The translations under genes were made by a program, and so were the position numbers. The notes below the pieces were generated by a model. The model did no database searches. It was not told the DNA's origin and worked only from the letters and a program-made list of their open reading frames with translations. This document shows positions 57,334-64,000 of a DNA stretch of 64,000 nt, in pieces (positions within the stretch are counted from its first letter, which is position 1; each line of letters begins with the position of its first letter). This DNA is from an uncultured Dehalococcoidia bacterium (GTDB lineage Bacteria; Chloroflexota; Dehalococcoidia; Lucifugimonadales; UBA1127), in contig CAZTCW010000001.1 in assembly GCA_964612825.1 (NCBI GenBank), positions 15,450-79,449 of the forward strand, read 5' to 3'.

Positions 57334-58374
57334 ATGTTAGGGGTTAGCAATTTCATGGAAGATATGAATGTACTTTCCAGATTACAGGAACGGGTAGAAT
57401 CTTCTATAAAAAGCTTATTGGCGGATAAACCGGAGTTTCTTTATCGAATGATGGAATATCAGTTTGGCTGGGCTGATGAAAATGGGCAGGCGGTTTCTGG
57501 TTATCTCGTCCATCGGGCTCATTCACTCTTTTGTATGTTTATTAGCGACCTTTTATTGGGAAATCCAGATAGGGCCACTCCTGCAGCAAATGCTGTCGAG
57601 CTTGTGCAGGAATTCTCTCAAGTTCACTACGATATCCAATCTGCCAATCCCGAGAGCCGAAGGCGTCCAACTGTCTGGTGGATTTGGGGCCATGCACAAG
57701 GAATTAACGTGGGGGATGGTCTATATGCGTTGGCCCGATTGGAGTTATCTCGGTTGAGAGAGGTAGGCCTAAACGATGCCAAAGTGCTGGAAGCTTTCCA
57801 GTTCCTAGATGAATCATGCTTGGATTTGTTCCAAGCTCAATTCGAGGAAATCTTATTAGAAGAAAAAATGAATATCAGTAAATTAGATTATTTACGTATT
57901 GCTGAATCAAGGACTGGTTCTCTTTTTGGGGTTTCGGGTCAGCTTGGGGCTCTAACTGCGAATTCAGATCCCCAAACGATATCAGCTTGTTACAAGGCTG
58001 GGAGAAAACTGGGCTTAGCATTCCAGATATTAGAGGAAATTAAGTCCTTATGGGGTGATCGGCAGCGTCCGGAGCCAGATCCCAGGTTGTTAAATAAAAA
58101 AAGGATATTTCCTGTTATCTTTACTTTGGACCATGCCGAACCTAGTATAAAAAGGGAGTTGGGTGGTCTATATTTTAAGCGAGTCTTGGAGCCAAGCGAC
58201 CTTCAGCGTGTCGTAGAAATCCTAAACTCCGTCGACGCCTATAATAATTGCCGAGAAGTGGTGGGCTCAGCCTTTAAAGAGGCTTGTGATTTTTTGAGGC
58301 CGTATAGTCAATTAAATGATAACACGGATAATGTGAATCAAGTTCTCGCAAAGATTATAGGGTTCGACACTTAA
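57334..58374 (+). CDS. Polyprenyl synthetase-fold protein with degenerate aspartate-rich motifs
   Basis: AVELV...H, RRPTVW..WG..Q.INVGD and LGLAFQI are recognisable, but both DDxxD motifs are lost. Confidence 0.8.
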   Translation: MLGVSNFMEDMNVLSRLQERVESSIKSLLADKPEFLYRMMEYQFGWADENGQAVSGYLVHRAHSLFCMFISDLLLGNPDRATPAANAVELVQEFSQVHYDIQSANPESRRRPTVWWIWGHAQGINVGDGLYALARLELSRLREVGLNDAKVLEAFQFLDESCLDLFQAQFEEILLEEKMNISKLDYLRIAESRTGSLFGVSGQLGALTANSDPQTISACYKAGRKLGLAFQILEEIKSLWGDRQRPEPDPRLLNKKRIFPVIFTLDHAEPSIKRELGGLYFKRVLEPSDLQRVVEILNSVDAYNNCREVVGSAFKEACDFLRPYSQLNDNTDNVNQVLAKIIGFDT

Positions 58375-58399
58375 TTAGGGCATCAAGGGGAGCGAGGCG

Positions 58400-59581
58400 T
58401 TGGATTTAAATTCTATCAAAAATGTGGAGTTGAGTGGCAAAACAACCCTCGTCCGGGTGGATTACAACGTTTCCGTTAAAGAGGGCATAATCTCGGATGA
58501 TTCTCGGTTGCGGGCTACCTTGTCCACCATCAGTTACCTTCGAGAAAACGGAGCTAAAATAGTCCTGTGTTCGCATCTCGGTCGCCCTGACGGGAAAGTT
58601 GTTGAGGAACTTAGATTGACCCCGGTCGGGAACCGACTAAGTATCCTTCTAAATCAACCCGTCCAATGTTTGCCGGATGCAATCGGGGGAGATGTTCGGG
58701 ATAAGATTCATTCACTCAAACCTGGGGATATCTTGCTACTTGAAAATCTGAGATTTTACCCGGGAGAGGAAAAGAATGATGAGGAATTCTGTAAATTATT
58801 AGCCGAACCTTTTAATCTGTTTGTCAATGATGCTTTTGGTACAGCTCATCGTGCTCACGCATCAACCTATGGTGTTACCGCTTTACTTCCCTCATATGCC
58901 GGATTTTTATTGGAACGAGAAGTGGAGATGTTATCCCAAGTGATCCAAGACCCCAAGCGTCCTTTGGCAGCTGTTATGGGCGGTGCAAAGATTGGAGATA
59001 AGATCCCTTTAATCCAAAATTTACTTTCTAAAGTGGATACATTTATCATTGGAGGGGGAATGGCTGCCACATTTTATTTTGCCCAGGGACTTTCTGTCGG
59101 TGGATCATTGATTGAGGAGAATTATTTGGACTTAGTGAAAGAGATTCTTCTTGAAGGAAAAGAAAAAGGAGTAAAATTTTGTTTTCCTTCCGATGTTGTA
59201 ATTGCGAAAAATCCCAAAGCCGGAGTTGAAATTAAAATCTGTCAGGCTAATGAAGTACCGCATGAATGGAACATTTTTGATATCGGCCCACAAACTATAG
59301 GCGAATTTGGTAGTGCCCTGCGAGGTATCAAAACAGTTCTCTGGAACGGTCCCATGGGTATTTTTGAAATTCCTGAATTCTCAAAAGGAACGAATGAACT
59401 TGCTAAAATAATTGGCTCCCTGCCAGGTGCCACGACTATTGTAGGCGGTGGTTCAACAGTGGAGGCAATAACCTCTATTGGCCTAGAAGAGGAATTTACT
59501 CATGTTTCCACCGGTGGTGGCGCTTCGTTAGAGTTCCTGGAAGGCCAGATTTTACCCGGGATAAAACCGTTATATAAATGA
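58400..59581 (+). CDS. pgk: Phosphoglycerate kinase
   Basis: RVDYNV, SHLGRP, LLENLRF, NDAFGTAHRAH, WNGPMG, STGGGASLE. Confidence 0.98.
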   Translation: MDLNSIKNVELSGKTTLVRVDYNVSVKEGIISDDSRLRATLSTISYLRENGAKIVLCSHLGRPDGKVVEELRLTPVGNRLSILLNQPVQCLPDAIGGDVRDKIHSLKPGDILLLENLRFYPGEEKNDEEFCKLLAEPFNLFVNDAFGTAHRAHASTYGVTALLPSYAGFLLEREVEMLSQVIQDPKRPLAAVMGGAKIGDKIPLIQNLLSKVDTFIIGGGMAATFYFAQGLSVGGSLIEENYLDLVKEILLEGKEKGVKFCFPSDVVIAKNPKAGVEIKICQANEVPHEWNIFDIGPQTIGEFGSALRGIKTVLWNGPMGIFEIPEFSKGTNELAKIIGSLPGATTIVGGGSTVEAITSIGLEEEFTHVSTGGGASLEFLEGQILPGIKPLYK

Positions 59582-59593
59582 TGGGGAGTAGAC

Positions 59594-60799
59594 ATGATTG
59601 ATTTCCCAGATCTAAATGAAATTGTCAGTTCCACACCTTCAAAAATCGTGATGTTGGTCATTGATGGATTGGGTGGATTGCCTCACCCAGAAACAGGTAT
59701 ATCAGAGTTGGAGGCTGCTAATATCCCAAATTTAAACGCTCTGGCTGGGAAAAGTGCCTGTGGATTGACAACTCCAGTCCTTCCTGGAATAGCCCCAGGA
59801 AGTGGCCCAGGCCATTTAGGACTCTTCGGGTACGATCCAGTTAAATACCTTATCGGTAGAGGTGTTCTTGAAGCGTTAGGGATTGGGGTCGAATTAGGAG
59901 AAAAAGACGTTGCTATTCGAGGTAATTTCTGCACATTAGATGAGGAAGGCCGAATCTCCGATAGGAGAGCTGGTCGGTTGAGTTCTGATGAAGCGATACC
60001 ACTTTGTAAGGAATTAAATTCTATCAGCATTCCAGGGGTTGAAATTTCAGTGTATCCAGTTAAAGACTACCGTATAGCATTGGTATTGAAGGGAGAGGGG
60101 TTAACTGACCAAGTTTCAGAAACCGATCCAGGGCGTTTGGGATTACCACCAGTTGAATGTCGTCCGACTGGTGACAATGGGGGGAAAACAGCAGATGTGG
60201 TGAATACTTTCTTACTAGAAAGTCGAAAAATCCTGAAGAATCATCACAAGGCGAATACTGTGCTCCTCCGAGGATTTTCAAAATTGCCTGATTTGCCCTC
60301 AATGGCGGATCGATATTGCCTTAATCCAGCTGCTATTGCTGCTTATCCTATGTATAGAGGGTTGGCAAGCCTCGTTGGGATGAAGGTTATTGACACAGGA
60401 ACCGAGTTCTCGCAAGAACTTGAAACCCTGCGTAACCATTTCGGCGATCACGATTTTTTTTACATTCATTACAAACCAGCAGATGCAGCGGGTGAAGACG
60501 GCGATTTTTCCGCTAAAGTTAAGGCGCTAGAGACCTTGGATACCTATATTCCAGAGCTGATGGAACTTTCTCCTGATGTATTTATTGTAGCGGGAGACCA
60601 TGCGACTCCCTCTGTTTTAGCTTCACACAGTTGGCACCCGGTACCATTTCTAATTAATTCAAAATTGACAACGGGAGAAGGTATTAAAGCCTTCAACGAG
60701 AAAGATTGTGTAATGGGTTCCATTGGTCAAATCTCTGCTACTCATTTGATGTTGTTAGCGTTAGCCAATGGAGATAAGCTAACAAAGTTTGGACCATAG
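59594..60799 (+). CDS. apgM: 2,3-bisphosphoglycerate-independent phosphoglycerate mutase (ApgM type)
   Basis: DGLGG, PGSGPGHL, GRGVLEALG, DRRAGR, GDHATP, HSWHPVP. Confidence 0.9.
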   Translation: MIDFPDLNEIVSSTPSKIVMLVIDGLGGLPHPETGISELEAANIPNLNALAGKSACGLTTPVLPGIAPGSGPGHLGLFGYDPVKYLIGRGVLEALGIGVELGEKDVAIRGNFCTLDEEGRISDRRAGRLSSDEAIPLCKELNSISIPGVEISVYPVKDYRIALVLKGEGLTDQVSETDPGRLGLPPVECRPTGDNGGKTADVVNTFLLESRKILKNHHKANTVLLRGFSKLPDLPSMADRYCLNPAAIAAYPMYRGLASLVGMKVIDTGTEFSQELETLRNHFGDHDFFYIHYKPADAAGEDGDFSAKVKALETLDTYIPELMELSPDVFIVAGDHATPSVLASHSWHPVPFLINSKLTTGEGIKAFNEKDCVMGSIGQISATHLMLLALANGDKLTKFGP

Positions 60800-60856
60800 A
60801 AGCAGTAGTTCTTATCGCGTCTCGGGCTTTTATAACATTCCATCAGGAGGAATACG

Positions 60857-61624
60857 ATGAACAAGTCTCTAGTCGTAGGTAACTGGAAGATGAATTGCGG
60901 GTTAGAAGAAGCAATAACCTTGGCCAAAGAGATTTCGAAAGCCCTAAACGAGTTAAAAGGCGTGGAAATTGTTCTTTGTCCGCCATACCCGTATCTTTTT
61001 GCTGTAAAAAACGAGATCGAGAATTCATCCATCCGTTTAGGCTCCCAGAACCTTTATTGGGAGGAAAAAGGTGCTTTTACAGGTGAGATATCGGTCACAA
61101 TGATTTCAGAAATTTGTGAATATGTAATAATCGGTCATTCCGAGAGACGTCAGATATTTGGTGAAACCGACGAAATTGTCAATAAAAAATTATCGTCCGC
61201 GATTAGGTTTGGGATATCGCCAATTCTTTGTGTTGGAGAAAATTTAGTTCAACGAGAAAATGGAGAAGCCGCCAGTGTAGTTAGTAGGCAAATTGAGGCA
61301 GGCTTGGATGGAATCCAATCACCTGACGGTTTAGCTGTGGCCTATGAGCCAATCTGGGCCATTGGGACAGGAATCCCTGCGACTCCAGAAATTGTTAGCG
61401 AAGTTATGGGCGGTACGATAACTAAAACTCTCAATAAATTATACGGAGAAGAAAGAACAGCCCAGATACCTCTTCTTTACGGAGGAAGTGTATCAGGCCA
61501 GAACATTGAATCATTTGCGGCCCTCGATTGTATCAATGGCGCATTGGTGGGGGGTGCGAGTTTACGTTCAAACGAATTTTCAGATATTGCATCCATTACA
61601 TCCCGCGTAAAAACTAGTGGCTAA
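60857..61624 (+). CDS. tpiA: Triosephosphate isomerase
   Basis: GNWKMN, IGHSERR, AYEPIWAIGTG, YGGSV, LVGGASL. Confidence 0.98.
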   Translation: MNKSLVVGNWKMNCGLEEAITLAKEISKALNELKGVEIVLCPPYPYLFAVKNEIENSSIRLGSQNLYWEEKGAFTGEISVTMISEICEYVIIGHSERRQIFGETDEIVNKKLSSAIRFGISPILCVGENLVQRENGEAASVVSRQIEAGLDGIQSPDGLAVAYEPIWAIGTGIPATPEIVSEVMGGTITKTLNKLYGEERTAQIPLLYGGSVSGQNIESFAALDCINGALVGGASLRSNEFSDIASITSRVKTSG

Positions 61625-62558
61625 CTCCCAAATCAAGGGTCGAATCCTCGCCGTAATAGGTCCGACCGGAGTTGGGAAAAGCAATCTTGCCTTTAGTTTA
61701 GCCGAATCCTTTGATGGTGAAATCGTTAATGCTGATAGCCGTCAAATTTATAAGGGACTGGATATAGGAACTTCAAAGCCTTCCATCGAGGAACGCCTCT
61801 CGATACCGCATCACCTTTTTGACATAATTGATCCCGATGAAGAATTCAGTTTGTTTTCGTTTTTGGAATTGGTTCAAATTACACTTCAGGATATTCTTCG
61901 AAAGAAAAAACTTCCCATTTTAGTTGGGGGTTCCGGACAATACATTTGGGGGGTTCTAGAAGGATGGAAAACTCCACCAGTTCCCCCAAACACCATCCTG
62001 CGAGAAGAATTAGAAGAGCGTGCCCGGCAATGGGGAGCAAATTATTTACATCAACAGTTGAAGAGGGTCGACCCCATTTCTGCAGAAAAAATTTTGCCAG
62101 GTAATGTGCGGAGGGTAGTTCGGGCCCTTGAGGTATTCCAAACGATTGGAATACCCTATTCCTTCTTTCAGAAAAAGCAGGGGTCGATTTATAACCAATT
62201 GATAATTGGTTGCGCTCCGAATTCGCGATCGGAATTGTTGGCTTCTATTGATAAACGAATTCATTCCATGCTGGCTTCGGGTTGGTTAGAGGAAGTCAAA
62301 ATGCTGAAACTCAAAGGATATTCCTTCGAACTTCCTTCTTTTTCTACTATGGGCTATCGAGAACTTTCTCTGGTATTGAGCGGAGAGCTCTCTTTGGATT
62401 CAGCTATTGAAAAAATTAAGATTGCTCATCGTCGCCTTATCAGACGTCAGGGAAGTTGGTTCAAGGAGGGTGATACGCGGATAAACTGGATTACGTTAGA
62501 CCCTCAAGGAATAAATTCTATTTGGGAGAGGGTCGAATTTTTCCGGGACCAGCCTTAA
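61617..62558 (+). CDS. miaA: tRNA dimethylallyltransferase
   Basis: GPTGVGKS, ADSRQIY, GTSKP, VGGSGQY, RRVVRALEV. Confidence 0.96.
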   Translation: MANSQIKGRILAVIGPTGVGKSNLAFSLAESFDGEIVNADSRQIYKGLDIGTSKPSIEERLSIPHHLFDIIDPDEEFSLFSFLELVQITLQDILRKKKLPILVGGSGQYIWGVLEGWKTPPVPPNTILREELEERARQWGANYLHQQLKRVDPISAEKILPGNVRRVVRALEVFQTIGIPYSFFQKKQGSIYNQLIIGCAPNSRSELLASIDKRIHSMLASGWLEEVKMLKLKGYSFELPSFSTMGYRELSLVLSGELSLDSAIEKIKIAHRRLIRRQGSWFKEGDTRINWITLDPQGINSIWERVEFFRDQP

Positions 62559-62732
62559 ATTACCATTCGGGGGTCTAGGCGTTCGTCGAGTTTGCACGAA
62601 AATTACATTTAAAGGCTTTTTAGACATACCAATCCTAAGAAAAAAGATACTGTTAGTTGCTCTATATTAATTTGAAATTCCTTAATGTCTCTTTTTCCCT
62701 CAACAAAACAAACGAGGCCTTTTGCAGTAAGG

Positions 62733-63740
62733 TTATTGTAGGATGTGAAGCTCTCTGCATCTTTGTGTGAATGCGGGAACAATTTCTTTAAAGTCCCCGA
62801 TAACTCCAAATTTTGCGGCACTAAAAATATTGGCATCCCTATCAGTATTTATTGCTACAATTGCACCAGACCCTTCACATCCTGCTAGATGTTGCGGCTG
62901 TCCAGAAATTCCTACAGCAAAATACAATTCAGGGGCCACGATTTTTCCAGTTTGTCCAATATGATAAGAGTTTGGTACTAATCCGGCATTTACAGGAGGC
63001 AGGGAGGAACCCACGGTTCCTCCGAGGACCGTTGCCATTTCATGCAAAAGTTCGAATCCTTCTTTCCCTCCCACTCCAAGTCCTCCTGCAACAATAATTC
63101 TTGCCTCTTCCAAGGATATATCTTTGTCCGTAGGATATACGACCCGATCGATTATTTTGACTTTGGGTTGAATTGTTTGGGCTTCTATTGGGATTATTGA
63201 GATAATGGCTTCCCTAGAGGGTGAATGAGTAGCCAATGGGGCTGAGTTTGGCTTAAGCGTTGCCATTTGTGGGGAAGAATTATTTGAGACCGTATTTAAT
63301 CTTAAATTACCACCAAAAACTGGTCGTGTGTGCACTAATGATTTGGAAGTTGGGTCAATCGTTAAGTCAACACAATTGGTTGCAAGGCCGCATTTAAGGT
63401 GGCCGGCTATAAGTGGTGCGATGTCTCTTCCAAAAAATGTCTGACCAAACAAGAAAATATTAGGAGCCAGAGAATTTACCAGCTCTACTAAGTATTTAGC
63501 ATATGGTTCTGGGTGATAATCCTTTAGACTGGGGTGATCAAGGATATATAATTTCTCAAATCCGTATTTGGTCAATTGAGTTGAATGATGGCTAAGGTTA
63601 TGGCCAATGAGGATAACGCATAATTCCTCATCAAGCGCGTCAGCAAGTTCTCTGCCTTTAGAGATTAGTTGTAACGTAATAGGGGAGATTTGGGTATTTC
63701 TTGTCTCTCCTACAATGTAAACCCCTTTAGGATTTCCCAT
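62733..63740 (-). CDS. etfA: Electron transfer flavoprotein alpha subunit
   Basis: RPVFGGN, IGQTGKIVAP, GISGQPQHLAG, AINTD..ANIF. Confidence 0.93.
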   Translation of the reverse strand: MGNPKGVYIVGETRNTQISPITLQLISKGRELADALDEELCVILIGHNLSHHSTQLTKYGFEKLYILDHPSLKDYHPEPYAKYLVELVNSLAPNIFLFGQTFFGRDIAPLIAGHLKCGLATNCVDLTIDPTSKSLVHTRPVFGGNLRLNTVSNNSSPQMATLKPNSAPLATHSPSREAIISIIPIEAQTIQPKVKIIDRVVYPTDKDISLEEARIIVAGGLGVGGKEGFELLHEMATVLGGTVGSSLPPVNAGLVPNSYHIGQTGKIVAPELYFAVGISGQPQHLAGCEGSGAIVAINTDRDANIFSAAKFGVIGDFKEIVPAFTQRCRELHILQ

Positions 63741-63794
63741 AATTTCCGCCCTTTATAAGAAATAAATTTAACGAGGAATGAGTATTTCGGCTAT

Positions 63795-64000
63795 TTAAAT
63801 CATGTATTCTTCATGTATTATTTCGGCTAATCTCTTCCCCATAGATTCAGGAGATCCTGCTTCAATGAACGTACAGGTTTGATTAGGTTTCGGGGGAATG
63901 AACAACTTTTTTCCATTCAGTAACGGTTTGTACACATCGGTTGGTTGAAGGCCTAAATCTGATGAAGACCATTCGGGGATAGTGGCCCGTGCCGCCCTGA
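63795..64000 (-). CDS. etfB: Probable ETF beta subunit, C-terminal fragment (runs off the window)
   Basis: ...LFIPPKPNQTCTFIEAGSPESMGKRLAEIIHEEYMI* directly upstream of etfA. Confidence 0.65.
   Translation of the reverse strand, partial: RAARATIPEWSSSDLGLQPTDVYKPLLNGKKLFIPPKPNQTCTFIEAGSPESMGKRLAEIIHEEYMI

Overview
A gene-dense bacterial chromosomal segment that is mostly housekeeping. Gene order and protein styles suggest Chloroflexota, probably Dehalococcoidia/SAR202-like (inference only). In order it holds: a tRNA(Thr,Tyr,Thr)-tuf-rpmG-secE-nusG-(rplK) cluster; an MFS transporter and small enzymes; a GreA with an extra N-terminal domain; ccmABCD-selA-hydrolase-rarA; an orphan 5S rRNA; clpC-radA-larE-larC-thiolase-DUF35-PAC2-RNase II; purA, prs, secA; acpS-nnr-coaX-coaBC-valS; larB and dnaN; a small accessory block (PmtA-like methyltransferase, a dual PD-(D/E)XK plus RNase H-like nuclease, an orphan gene); amidase, uvrC, xerD; guaA-purD-clpP-like-purE; tsaC-prenyltransferase-pgk-apgM-tpiA-miaA; and etfAB. 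I saw no CRISPR array, transposase or prophage. The most notable oddities are: (i) tuf has an in-frame TGA at the P-loop glycine plus three more changes at conserved sites; (ii) GreA is fused to a tyrosine-recombinase core-binding-like domain; (iii) the dual nuclease is followed by an orphan gene with an apparently leaderless, palindrome-covered promoter; (iv) the prenyltransferase lacks both DDxxD motifs; (v) nickel-pincer cofactor genes occur without larA in the window and are coupled to a thiolase/DUF35 pair; (vi) clpC has a structured leader with a possible uORF; (vii) there is a dif-like site. I cannot claim a confirmed novel system, and all family calls come from motif recognition without database searches.
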